A DNA stretch of 32,000 nt from Prochlorococcus marinus subsp. pastoris str. CCMP1986. GTDB lineage: Bacteria; Cyanobacteriota; Cyanobacteriia; PCC-6307; Cyanobiaceae. This document shows positions 1-9,099 of the stretch, piece by piece. The notes beneath the pieces were generated by a model. That model did no database searches and was not told where the DNA came from. It was given only the letters and a program-made list of their open reading frames with translations. A program made the translations under genes and the position numbers. Numbering within the stretch: position 1 is the stretch's first letter; the number at the start of each line of letters is the position of its first letter. Location of the stretch: assembly GCF_000011465.1 (NCBI RefSeq), contig NC_005072.1:690001-722000 (forward strand). The letters are read 5' to 3'.

Positions 1-441
1 TTTATTTTCAAATTTTCCTATTGGCTCGTGACTAAATATAAAATTACTAGATCTTTTATATTCAAGAAAGCTTATATTTTTGACTTTGCAACCGATATCA
101 TGATTGCCCACTATTAATTCAATTTTAATATTTAATGACTCTGAAAGATTTTCAACTTTACTTTTTATAGATTTACTTATTGAATATTTACTATGAAATA
201 AATCTCCTAGAATAATTAATTTATAAGGTTTATGGTTTTCTACAATTTTTTTTATGCTTAATAAATTTTGTTCATCTGAATTATTTGTAAGAGGAATCCC
301 ATTCTGCTGAAAATATTCTGCTTTACCGAGATGAACATCACATATTAATAGTTCATTTGTTTGAGGCAAAAGTAATGCTTTTGAAGGGAGCATTTCTAAT
401 GACGTATCCCCCCAACTTATTGAAAAAGACTTTTTTTGCAT
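1..441 (-). CDS. pdeM: Ligase-associated DNA damage response metallophosphoesterase (PdeM-like), C-terminus cut by window edge
   Basis: Hand translation of the minus strand from ATG at 441: MQKKSFSISWGDTSLEMLPSKALLLPQTNELLICDVHLGKAEYFQQNGIPL...LIILGDLFHS...ELIVGNHD. The DxH, GDxxH and GNHD calcineurin-type motifs are present. The start directly abuts the helicase stop codon. Confidence 0.88.
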   Translation of the reverse strand, partial: MQKKSFSISWGDTSLEMLPSKALLLPQTNELLICDVHLGKAEYFQQNGIPLTNNSDEQNLLSIKKIVENHKPYKLIILGDLFHSKYSISKSIKSKVENLSESLNIKIELIVGNHDIGCKVKNISFLEYKRSSNFIFSHEPIGKFENK

Positions 442-2919
442 TTAACTATTATATTTTTTTATAAGTTTATCTACTCTTTTTTCTATAGATTCATTGCTTA
501 ATGTATTTTTAAGTCTTTCAACTAATAAAGGAAAAGCAAATGGACTTGGAGTTTTAGTCTCGTTTAATATTATTTTTAAATTAGATAATCTTTCTAAGGA
601 ATTAGTAATTCGTTTATTTTCTAATTGGTACTCTTTTACTTCTTCATGTGCTTGTTTGATTAGCAGATGACCCTCTTCATATCTAGTAAAAACATCATAA
701 AAAAGACTTGAACTTATTTGAAGTTGTGATGAACTTTTTGTTTTGGTGGGATTATTTTGATTTACTAATCCACTAATTTGAGCAATGTTTTTAAATCTTC
801 TCTTTGTTAATTCTGAAAAATTTATTGCATTTTCTAAATCTTCTTCCAAGTTTCTATTTTCTATAAAATATGAAAATTCTTTTTCAATACTTGAAAAGTC
901 ATAATTTTCTGAAGTGGTTAAGCTAAAACCAAAATCATTTGCAGAAATACTAAATGTAGATTGCTTTTTACTAGCAAATCTTAAAGCCCAAAGAAAAGCA
1001 ATTCCTTCATTAACAAATTTTCCATCAAGTGTAAAAACAAAAAGACTTGTTAATTCTTTAGTTTTATAGATTTCAATAAGTAGTTGATTCTTTTTTGGAA
1101 TATCTGAAAGATCTTTCTGTTTTTTTAAAATTGGAAGTAATGATATTAATTCTTTATTAATATACTGATCATCATTTTCTAAGTTATTGCAAATATCTAG
1201 TTCGCTTCTTAAATTATCACTTAAAAGATCAGAGATAGCCATTTGACCTCCAACCCATGCTGGAATTAAAGAACTTTTATTGGATGATTTTTTTACATAT
1301 AAAGTCATATCTCTAATTTTTATAAACTGAAGCATTTTGCCAGCGAAGTAAAAAGTATCACCTGCTTTTAATTTACTGGCAAAGTTTTCTTCTAAATTGC
1401 CTAATGATTTTCCTTTTAAATATTTTACATTTATAAATTTATCGCTTGTTATTGTTCCAATATTAAACTTATGCATCCTTATTAAAGATTTATCTTTTAC
1501 AAAATATTTGAAGTTATGTTCATCCCCTTTTGATTTTTCTCTTTCTATCTTTTTATATTTTGGATAAGCTTTCAAACATTTTCCTCCATACTCCAAAAAA
1601 TCAATACACCAATCCCAATCTTTATCATTTAGATTTCTGTAACTCCAGCAATCTTTAATTTTTTCTTTCTCAGTAATGGGATTAAAACCTGGCCCACAAG
1701 CTAAACTAACTAGATGCTGAAGAAGAACATCAAAAGATAGTTCAGGGAGCCTAATACTTTCAGATATTCCACTTTTTATTATTCTCCTCATAGCACTAAT
1801 TTCGAGTAATTCTAATGAGTTAGTAGGCATAAAAATTATTTTTGACTTTCCTCCAGGTCTATGAGCACTCCTCCCTGCCCTTTGAATAAGTCGAGCTAAG
1901 TTTTTAGCACTTCCTATTTGTACTATTTGATCAACAGGTTGAAAGTCAATCCCTAAATCTAATGAGCTTGTACAAACAACCCATTTTATAGATCCGTTTT
2001 TAACCCCATCTTCAACTATCTTTCTCTCATCTTTATCCAATGAACCATGATGTAAAGAAATCTTATCTTCCATTTCTGGGAGACAGAATTTTAAGCATTG
2101 ATACCATCTCTCAGACTGATTTCTAGTGTTAGTGAATAGTAGTGTACTTTTGTTTTTATCTAATACTTTTAGAAGTAAGGAATAACTCCTAATTCCTAAA
2201 TGTCCACTCCATGGAAAGGTCGTTTCTTCTTCAGGTAAAATACTAAGGATTTCGATTTCTTTTTGAATATTAGTACTTATTACTGTTGGTATTTCCCCTT
2301 TTGTTCCAACAATAGCTCTTGCTGCTTCTGTAATATTACCGATAGTGGCAGACATTCCCCAAATTTGTAAATCTTTTTTATTTCCTCTAAGCCAACTTAG
2401 TGATAATTCACATTGATTACCTCTTTTACTACCCATTAACTCGTGCCACTCATCAATAATTATTGAAAATATATTACTAAATATTTTTTTAGATTCTTTA
2501 TTAGATAAGAGGAGAGAAAGTGATTCTGGAGTCGTTATTAGAATATTTGGAGGTTTAAGTATCTGCATCTTCTTTTCATATGGGCTTGTATCACCATTTC
2601 GGATTCCAACGGTTATTTCTTGATTAAAAAATTGAGATGCTAAATGTACTGCATTTTTTAAATCTCTACTTAATGCTTTTAATGGAGTTATTAGTAAAAT
2701 ACTCAATCCAGTTGGTTTTGTGGAATCTTTTAATTTCGAAAGAGGTCCCATTAAAGCTGCATAAGTTTTACCGCATCCTGTAGGAACCTGAATGATTCCA
2801 TTTTCTCCATTGAAATATGCTTTCCATGATTCAATTTGATATGGCAGAGGTTCCCATCCATTTTTATAAAAAAATTTTTCTATATTCTTAATTTCATTTT
2901 TATTTATAAAGCTTACCAT
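442..2919 (-). CDS. Lhr-like DExH-box helicase of the ligase-associated DNA damage response cluster
   Basis: Walker A VPTGCGKT, motif II DEWH, SAT-like motif WGMSATIG, helicase C motifs (VCTSSLDLGIDFQPVDQIVQIGSAKNLARLIQRAGRSAHRPGG). Sits between ligase and phosphoesterase. Confidence 0.93.
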   Translation of the reverse strand: MVSFINKNEIKNIEKFFYKNGWEPLPYQIESWKAYFNGENGIIQVPTGCGKTYAALMGPLSKLKDSTKPTGLSILLITPLKALSRDLKNAVHLASQFFNQEITVGIRNGDTSPYEKKMQILKPPNILITTPESLSLLLSNKESKKIFSNIFSIIIDEWHELMGSKRGNQCELSLSWLRGNKKDLQIWGMSATIGNITEAARAIVGTKGEIPTVISTNIQKEIEILSILPEEETTFPWSGHLGIRSYSLLLKVLDKNKSTLLFTNTRNQSERWYQCLKFCLPEMEDKISLHHGSLDKDERKIVEDGVKNGSIKWVVCTSSLDLGIDFQPVDQIVQIGSAKNLARLIQRAGRSAHRPGGKSKIIFMPTNSLELLEISAMRRIIKSGISESIRLPELSFDVLLQHLVSLACGPGFNPITEKEKIKDCWSYRNLNDKDWDWCIDFLEYGGKCLKAYPKYKKIEREKSKGDEHNFKYFVKDKSLIRMHKFNIGTITSDKFINVKYLKGKSLGNLEENFASKLKAGDTFYFAGKMLQFIKIRDMTLYVKKSSNKSSLIPAWVGGQMAISDLLSDNLRSELDICNNLENDDQYINKELISLLPILKKQKDLSDIPKKNQLLIEIYKTKELTSLFVFTLDGKFVNEGIAFLWALRFASKKQSTFSISANDFGFSLTTSENYDFSSIEKEFSYFIENRNLEEDLENAINFSELTKRRFKNIAQISGLVNQNNPTKTKSSSQLQISSSLFYDVFTRYEEGHLLIKQAHEEVKEYQLENKRITNSLERLSNLKIILNETKTPSPFAFPLLVERLKNTLSNESIEKRVDKLIKKYNS

Positions 2920-4556
2920 TATTTATTTAACATTAATTTCTGAGCGTTTTCTAAGGTATCAGCATCTTTAATTAGCTTATCTTTCCTCCATTTAGTTATT
3001 CTTGGAAATCTAACAGCAATTCCTGATTTATGACGTTTTGAAATTTGTATATTTTCGAAGGAAATTTCGAAGACCATTTCCGGTCTTACTGATCTAACAG
3101 GTCCAAATCTATCAATAGTATTTTGTCTAATCCATCTATCTAACTCTTTAATTTCAGTGTTGTTTAATCCAGAATAAGCACTAGCAAATTTGATTAATTC
3201 TCCATCTTTCCAAAGAGCAAAACTATAGTCAGTATATAGACCTGCTCTTATCCCACTCCCGCCTTTGGCATAAATGAGGACTGCATCGAGTTGCATTGGA
3301 TCAACTTTATATTTCCACCAAAGACCTTTCTTTCTGCCTGGAGTGTAGATTGATTTTTTATTTTTAATAACTAATCCCTCCGTTCCATTATCTCTAGAAT
3401 TGTTTTTAAAAGTTTCTACCTCTTCCCAATTTTTTGGATATATTAAATCACTTATTTTAAAAATATTAGATAATTCTTCTTTACTTTCATTTAACCAATT
3501 ATATAAATGTTTTTCTAAACTGTTTCTTCTGATTTCTAAATTTGAGTCTCTTTGATCTTCTCCATTTATTTCTAAAATATCATAGGCAATAAATATAATA
3601 GGTAAATTTTTTTGAATTAATCTTGATGGCGCCTTTCTATTAATTCTTTTTTGAAGCAAAGAGAAATTAAGAGGAAGACTCTTCTTAAAATCCCAGACTA
3701 ATAATTCACCATCTATTACAAAGTCATCTTTGATAGATGAGATTTTTTCTACTAATTCAGGGAAAGATTTATTTACTAAATCTTGACCTCTTGTCCATAT
3801 TGAAACTTTTCCTGACCTTTTTATTAATTGAATTCTGATTCCATCCCATTTCCATTCAAACTGAAAATCGTTAGTTGATTTATCTATAATTTTCTTTTCA
3901 AAAGTATTAGCTAGAAGAAAGGGGTAAGGTTTGTAATTTAACTCTGAAGGATTTATTTTTTTATCTATTAATAATTTATATGATTCTTCAGAGGGAATAA
4001 AATCGCCCATTAATCTATGAGAAATTATTGCTTCATCTATATTTATTAGCTTGGCTATAGATTTTGTTATCAATCCTATAGAGACTCCAACTCTAAAAGT
4101 ACCAGTTAAGATTTTATTTATAACTAGAAGATTTTCTTTTGGAATAGTTTCCCAAATTTCTTTCACTCTTAACTTCTTCTCATCTTCTTTAAGAATGGAT
4201 AACTCTGGAAAAGATTTATTTAATAATTCATGCAGAGAACCATCTTGATATTTTGTATTTTTTTCTGTGATCACATTCCTTAATAATAGGGATATAACTT
4301 CTGCAGAATCTCCAACTTTTAAATAACAAGAATCAATTAACCATAAAGGGTATTCATAAATTTCTGAAAATAAAGTTTTAAGGGATCTTCCACTTATAAA
4401 TCTCTTATTGTTTTTTCCTGTAAGTAAATATATTGTCCATGAGTTTTCTAAAGCCTCATTTGAAGAAAAATAGTTTTGTAAAATTCCAATCTTTTTATTT
4501 GTGCTATTACAAGAGTCTAAATTTATAAATAATTCTGAAAACTTTTTTAGGCTCAT
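2919..4556 (-). CDS. ATP-dependent DNA ligase (LigB/LigD-like, cluster-associated)
   Basis: Nucleotidyltransferase motif EWKWDGIRIQ (KxDG), DGELLVWD, EGLVIKNKKSIYTPGRKKGLWWKYK; adenylation domain plus OB fold and an N-terminal DNA-binding region. Confidence 0.94.
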   Translation of the reverse strand: MSLKKFSELFINLDSCNSTNKKIGILQNYFSSNEALENSWTIYLLTGKNNKRFISGRSLKTLFSEIYEYPLWLIDSCYLKVGDSAEVISLLLRNVITEKNTKYQDGSLHELLNKSFPELSILKEDEKKLRVKEIWETIPKENLLVINKILTGTFRVGVSIGLITKSIAKLINIDEAIISHRLMGDFIPSEESYKLLIDKKINPSELNYKPYPFLLANTFEKKIIDKSTNDFQFEWKWDGIRIQLIKRSGKVSIWTRGQDLVNKSFPELVEKISSIKDDFVIDGELLVWDFKKSLPLNFSLLQKRINRKAPSRLIQKNLPIIFIAYDILEINGEDQRDSNLEIRRNSLEKHLYNWLNESKEELSNIFKISDLIYPKNWEEVETFKNNSRDNGTEGLVIKNKKSIYTPGRKKGLWWKYKVDPMQLDAVLIYAKGGSGIRAGLYTDYSFALWKDGELIKFASAYSGLNNTEIKELDRWIRQNTIDRFGPVRSVRPEMVFEISFENIQISKRHKSGIAVRFPRITKWRKDKLIKDADTLENAQKLMLNK

Positions 4557-5545
4557 TTTTTAAATTCAAATTCAAGAACATTTATCGAATTTTTTTCTTT
4601 TAAATATTTATTTAAAGCTTCACTCTCTCCATGGTGAAAAAAAACATTTTTAGCTTTAGATTCTTTTATTGTCTTTAAAATAGCTATCCAATCAGCATGG
4701 TCTGAGATAGAAAAACCTTTATCATACCCAGACCTCTTTCTGAGTGCTCTAATTGACATCCAGCCACTTGCAAATCCAGTTTGAATGTCTTTAAAATTTT
4801 TTAGAGAAGAACTTTTATTTAAAGCAGGTGGAAGTATTATTAGACTTCCTTTAAGATCTGAATTATTTTTAGTTTGTTCTAATTTCGTTGTTTCAATAAT
4901 ATCAATACCTAATTTTTTATAACAGTTATTCATCCTATAAATACTGCTGTGTGTATAAATATTATTTATAAAATTTGTTTTACTAATTTCATTCAATAGT
5001 CTTTGTGCTTTTCCAAGCGAATAGCAAAATAAGATAGATGTTTTTTCTTGGGATGAGTTCACCCATTTTGTAATATCAGATGCCGTCTTTTGAGGTTCAT
5101 CCCACTTAAAAATTGGCAAGCCAAAAGTTGATTCACTTATTAAATAATCAGTTTTTACTATTTCATATTCTTTGCAAGTTTCATCTTTTTGACGTTTAAA
5201 ATCACCAGTGATTAACCAAATCTCTTCAGCGAGACTAAATTTGATTTGACTTGACCCGAGTATATGACCTGATGGATGGAAAGAAATTTTGATACCGTTA
5301 ATTTTAAATTCTTTTTCATAATCGTAAGTTTTAATATTGATTTCTTTTCCTATTCTTTCTTTTATAATCACTGCAGTTTCATAAGTTGAAATATATTCAT
5401 CGCATCCAAAAGTGAAATGATCCATATGGGCATGAGTAATTAGTGCTCTTTTTACTGGTTTAATTGGATCTATCCAAGTATCAGCTAGTTCACAATAAAG
5501 ACCACTACTTGTGTATTTAATTAAATAAGAACTATCCTCTTTCAA
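4553..5545 (-). CDS. Ligase-associated DNA damage response exonuclease (MBL-fold, beta-CASP-like)
   Basis: HAHMDH motif (ALITHAHMDHFTFG), GHILGSSQI, TGDFKR, SDHADW. ATGA overlap with the downstream ligase. Confidence 0.92.
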   Translation of the reverse strand: MKEDSSYLIKYTSSGLYCELADTWIDPIKPVKRALITHAHMDHFTFGCDEYISTYETAVIIKERIGKEINIKTYDYEKEFKINGIKISFHPSGHILGSSQIKFSLAEEIWLITGDFKRQKDETCKEYEIVKTDYLISESTFGLPIFKWDEPQKTASDITKWVNSSQEKTSILFCYSLGKAQRLLNEISKTNFINNIYTHSSIYRMNNCYKKLGIDIIETTKLEQTKNNSDLKGSLIILPPALNKSSSLKNFKDIQTGFASGWMSIRALRKRSGYDKGFSISDHADWIAILKTIKESKAKNVFFHHGESEALNKYLKEKNSINVLEFEFKK

Positions 5546-5581
5546 TAATTTAAATTATTTTAATGATGTTAATTTAGCGAA

Positions 5582-5992
5582 TTATGCCCACGCTTGTTTA
5601 GTTAATGCTATTGCTGAAATAGCTAAAAGAGAAATAAAAACAAATTTATTACTCCATTTCATCATGAAAACCCCTAAATCAAATGATATTTTTTCAGGTT
5701 GTGGAACCTGTTTTTGAACTATTTCTTTTTTTGACGAATCAACTTTATTAAAGCTGTAATTTTTAATTTTATTTATTAGTTTTGACTCTATATTTGATAA
5801 ATCTTCTATTTCACTTAATAGGACTTTATCGTCTGGATTAATAAAATTAGTTAGTGTTTCAATTTCTTGTTGTTTAGAAGAGCAAAAGTCGTTTACTATT
5901 TTTTCAGAATTTTCACCATTCTTTATTTTTGATAGGATCTCTTCTCTTGACCAAGAATTTTCAAGAGATTTTAAGGCCTCAGTGATTTTCAT
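5582..5992 (-). CDS. Hypothetical protein with C-terminal transmembrane segment
   Basis: 136-aa ORF; C-terminal hydrophobic segment KFVFISLLAISAIALTKQAWA; co-directional and 36 nt upstream of the exonuclease gene. Confidence 0.7.
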   Translation of the reverse strand: MKITEALKSLENSWSREEILSKIKNGENSEKIVNDFCSSKQQEIETLTNFINPDDKVLLSEIEDLSNIESKLINKIKNYSFNKVDSSKKEIVQKQVPQPEKISFDLGVFMMKWSNKFVFISLLAISAIALTKQAWA

Positions 5993-6076
5993 TTTAAGTA
6001 TTTTTACTTATGATAATTATTTAGATATTTCTTCTGTGGTTTTAAATACTTAAAATAAGGAAAAAATTTGTTTTAT

Positions 6077-6364
6077 TTAAGATTTCGATATAAGTCTATT
6101 TGGGAAATAACTTATTTTTGTTTCTTTTTTAATTTTTCTTGTTTTGCTTTTAATTGAAGTTTTCTTTTGGTTAATTTCAACTATTTCTTCAGAAACATTT
6201 TTACCTGTTTCAAAGTAATTTTTTACTTTTTCTAATTCTTCTTCATTTAATCGTTTTGTTGCTCCTTTCGCATTAATACCTATTGATTTGCAAGCCAATA
6301 AAATTCTATTACTATCAATATTAAGTTCCTTTGCAATACTATAAATAGGAGTGTTAGAAGCCAT
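6077..6364 (-). CDS. Small protein resembling the N-terminal domain of translation initiation factor IF-2 (IF2_N-like)
   Basis: N-terminus IYSIAKELNIDSNRILLACKSIGINAKGATKRLNEEELEKVKNYF follows the IF2_N pattern; no GTPase domain in the 95-aa ORF. Confidence 0.72.
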   Translation of the reverse strand: MASNTPIYSIAKELNIDSNRILLACKSIGINAKGATKRLNEEELEKVKNYFETGKNVSEEIVEINQKKTSIKSKTRKIKKETKISYFPNRLISKS

Positions 6365-6459
6365 TATTTATTCGTAAATCAATATTTGTATTATATCCTT
6401 ATTAATTCAGAAATTATTAAATATGAAATTTTTATGAACTTTCTGTAGTTGAATTGAAT

Positions 6460-7776
6460 TTATTTTAAGTCTTCGTCATTTCTTAAATCATTAAATTTCT
6501 TCTTCATTGTGGGATTATTTTTAGTTAACTTTTTAACTGTTAAATCTTGCGATTTACTATCAGCAGATAAAAGATGTTTTTTAGATACTAGTAATGCCTC
6601 TTTCGTTTTTTGTAAATGACTTATTGATTTATCTATTTCAGAAATTGCGTCATTAAATCTATCCTGCGCTAATGAAACATTTTTCCCTACCGCATTTTTA
6701 AATTGATCAAGAGTACTTTCAAAGTTTGTTATGTCATAATTCTCTCTTTTCATTAAATCTATTTGAGTTTTATACTTTAAAGTTTCGAAAGAAGCATTTC
6801 TAAGAAGAGAAATAATAGGCAGAAAGAATTGTGGCCTTATTACAAACATCTTTGGATATTTATAAGAGACATCTACAATTCCCGAATTATATAGTTCACT
6901 TTCTGGTTCCAATAATGAAACCAATACTGCATATTCGCATGATTTCTGATTTCTATCTTTATCTAATTCTTTAAAGAAGTCTTCATTTTTTCGTTTATTA
7001 AAACCATCAGCACTTTGGTTTTTCATCTCAAACATGATAGACACGATTTCAATTTTATTATCATCAAACTCTCTAAAAATATAGTCACCTTTGCTTCCTG
7101 AACTTGCATCATTATCTTTTTCAAAATATGAGTTTTTAAAAGCAGTAGCTCGATTTAGATTGAATTGCGTCTCACAATGTATTTCTAATGTTTCTCCAAC
7201 CATTTTTGTTGAAAGTTTAGATTTCATATCTCTTAGCTCTTGAATTGTTAAATCACGCTCAGTAATTTTGTTCTTAAATTTTTCTTCAATTTCTCTCTGG
7301 TTTATGGATTGTTCTAATTTCATTTTTTCAATAGAGTTTATTAATGTATTTTTTTCTTTTTCTAAACTATTTACAGCTTCAATTACTTTATTCTTTGACG
7401 ATAAATCACTAATTACAGATTGCCTTTCAATATCCTCCTTTAATTTAATTACTTCATTATTGAGTAAATTGATTTTGTTGGTAGCTTTATTTTTTAGTTC
7501 ATTTAATTCATTTAATTTCTTTTCTTCAGCGATATTTAACTTAGACTCAAGGTCTTGAATTTTTGCATCTTTTTTTTGCCTGTCTTCCATTAATTTTATT
7601 TTTAATTCTTGTTTAGCAATTTCTATCCCTTTATTCTTATCTTCTTCAGCGAGTTTAAGTCTTTCCTCTATTTGCTTGTTAAATTCCTCGTCTTTAATTT
7701 GAAGAAGTATTTCTTGAAAGCTGCTGGGATCTATTCTGAATGTTTTTCCACATGATGGACATTTTATATCTTTCAT
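6460..7776 (-). CDS. DUF2130 domain-containing protein (zinc ribbon + coiled coil + DUF2130)
   Basis: N-terminal CPSCGKTF, long charged coiled coil, then GDYIFREFDDNKIEIVSIMFEMKNQSADGFNKRKNEDFFKELDKDRNQKSCEYAVLVSLLEPESELYNSGIVDVSYKYPKMFVIRPQFF, typical of DUF2130. Confidence 0.85.
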   Translation of the reverse strand: MKDIKCPSCGKTFRIDPSSFQEILLQIKDEEFNKQIEERLKLAEEDKNKGIEIAKQELKIKLMEDRQKKDAKIQDLESKLNIAEEKKLNELNELKNKATNKINLLNNEVIKLKEDIERQSVISDLSSKNKVIEAVNSLEKEKNTLINSIEKMKLEQSINQREIEEKFKNKITERDLTIQELRDMKSKLSTKMVGETLEIHCETQFNLNRATAFKNSYFEKDNDASSGSKGDYIFREFDDNKIEIVSIMFEMKNQSADGFNKRKNEDFFKELDKDRNQKSCEYAVLVSLLEPESELYNSGIVDVSYKYPKMFVIRPQFFLPIISLLRNASFETLKYKTQIDLMKRENYDITNFESTLDQFKNAVGKNVSLAQDRFNDAISEIDKSISHLQKTKEALLVSKKHLLSADSKSQDLTVKKLTKNNPTMKKKFNDLRNDEDLK

Positions 7777-7919
7777 TTTTTACTAATAAAGAATTTTTTT
7801 TTTGAAAATGACATGATACTTTATTTATTTATAAGGAATTTAATTATGGATATAGAATAATCATAGATTGAATATGATGCATCAAATAATTATAAGAAAT
7901 AAAAATAATTCGTCTCCTT

Positions 7920-8294
7920 CTAAATTAAACCTGATTCTTTTAAGAAATTGATTTTATTTGCTAGTTCAATATCTGCTGTTGAGATAGATCTATCTGAAGT
8001 TTTTTGGGAAGAGATTGTATATCCGCTATCATCAACAAACTCATCCTCTGAATCGGATATATTTTTAATGGGTTGATTATTGGTATAAGTTTCAGAATTA
8101 AATGATTTAGTTTTACTCAAATTGCCATATCCAAAATTTGCGATACCTCTAGAATCCAATGCTTCTTCTACTAGTATTCCAACAACTTTTGACCTGCTTA
8201 TAGATTCACTTTTAGATATTTGATCTATAATTTCCAGAACTCTTTTCCTGGGTAAATACCCTATCCTTTTAACTGGATTTTCCATACGAATCAA
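7920..8294 (-). CDS. Hypothetical protein with possible ribbon-helix-helix/CopG-like N-terminus
   Basis: 124 aa; VKRIGYLPRKRVLEIIDQISKSESISRSKVVGILVEEALDSRG resembles an RHH DNA-binding region. Confidence 0.55.
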   Translation of the reverse strand: MIRMENPVKRIGYLPRKRVLEIIDQISKSESISRSKVVGILVEEALDSRGIANFGYGNLSKTKSFNSETYTNNQPIKNISDSEDEFVDDSGYTISSQKTSDRSISTADIELANKINFLKESGLI

Positions 8295-8519
8295 GCATTT
8301 GACGTAATTGTAACACTTTTGTCAAATATTTCTAGGCGATAAAATATTTAATATTTATAACGTAGTAACTATTTATTATGGTATCCATAACATTATCGTT
8401 CTGAATTGTAATGAAATAGTTTATTTCTTAGATTTTTTTCGATTACTTCATTATTATTATTTTTAAACAATTTTTTTAAGTAATTATTACAAGGACCTTA
8501 AATTTTTAAACCACTTTTT

Positions 8520-8723
8520 ATGAAAGATAAAACCTATAATAATGCCGACAGTTTTGCTATATCTTTTGATGAAGAGTGGCAAAAAGTTGATTGTAATGAT
8601 ACGGCTCAAAAAATAGATAAAGTTATTGAAATTTTATCTGAACATCCATTTGTTATTTCAAATTTTGATAATGCAAAAAATATAGCAGAATTTAGAATTT
8701 ATTCTCTTAAAAAATTTAAATAA
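8520..8723 (+). CDS. Small hypothetical protein (67 aa)
   Basis: ORF with non-low-complexity sequence in otherwise AT-rich DNA; no family recognised. Confidence 0.5.
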   Translation: MKDKTYNNADSFAISFDEEWQKVDCNDTAQKIDKVIEILSEHPFVISNFDNAKNIAEFRIYSLKKFK

Positions 8724-8787
8724 TTATAAATATTTACTAATTTTAAATTGTAAATTATTTGTTTAATAGTTAACTAATAGTTTTTAA

Positions 8788-8964
8788 TTAAATGTTTGGA
8801 GAATTAAAAAATCCTTTAGTAAACAAAAATATTATAATTCCAATTATTGGACCAATGCCAAATATAAATAAAATTAATTTGGCTGAATTTTTTGTCTGTC
8901 CTAATTCATTATTAGCCTCTTTTCTTAATTTTTTCGGATTCTTTTTTGATGATTTTTTCTTCAT
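8788..8964 (-). CDS. Small basic single-pass membrane protein (58 aa), absent from supplied track
   Basis: Hand translation: MKKKSSKKNPKKLRKEANNELGQTKNSAKLILFIFGIGPIIGIIIFLFTKGFFNSPNI*. Basic N-terminus, hydrophobic segment and small-protein architecture make this strand the coding one. Confidence 0.75.
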   Translation of the reverse strand: MKKKSSKKNPKKLRKEANNELGQTKNSAKLILFIFGIGPIIGIIIFLFTKGFFNSPNI

Positions 8965-9099
8965 AAAAACTACTTTACAACAAACTAATAACGAAATAAT
9001 AAATAATTTAAGTTTTGATTAATTTCTATTTGTTTGAGATATCTCATTAAAATATAAAAAAATACAATATTGTATAATAATTATTAATTTTCGGTAGAT

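Noticed and set aside
4051-4248. Plus-strand ORF antisense to the DNA ligase
   Set aside because: Overlaps conserved coding sequence on the opposite strand; low-complexity S/F-rich product.
1-5545. Considered calling the helicase-ligase-nuclease cluster a novel defence system
   Set aside because: Composition and order match the already known ligase-associated DNA damage response cluster; no defence-associated partner is evident.
7268-7558. Plus-strand ORF antisense to the DUF2130 gene
   Set aside because: Opposite a K/E-rich coiled coil, which commonly yields an F/S/L-rich antisense ORF.
8792-9022. Plus-strand ORF of 76 aa
   Set aside because: F/I/N-rich translation is the complement of a much more convincing 58-aa minus-strand membrane protein (8788..8964).
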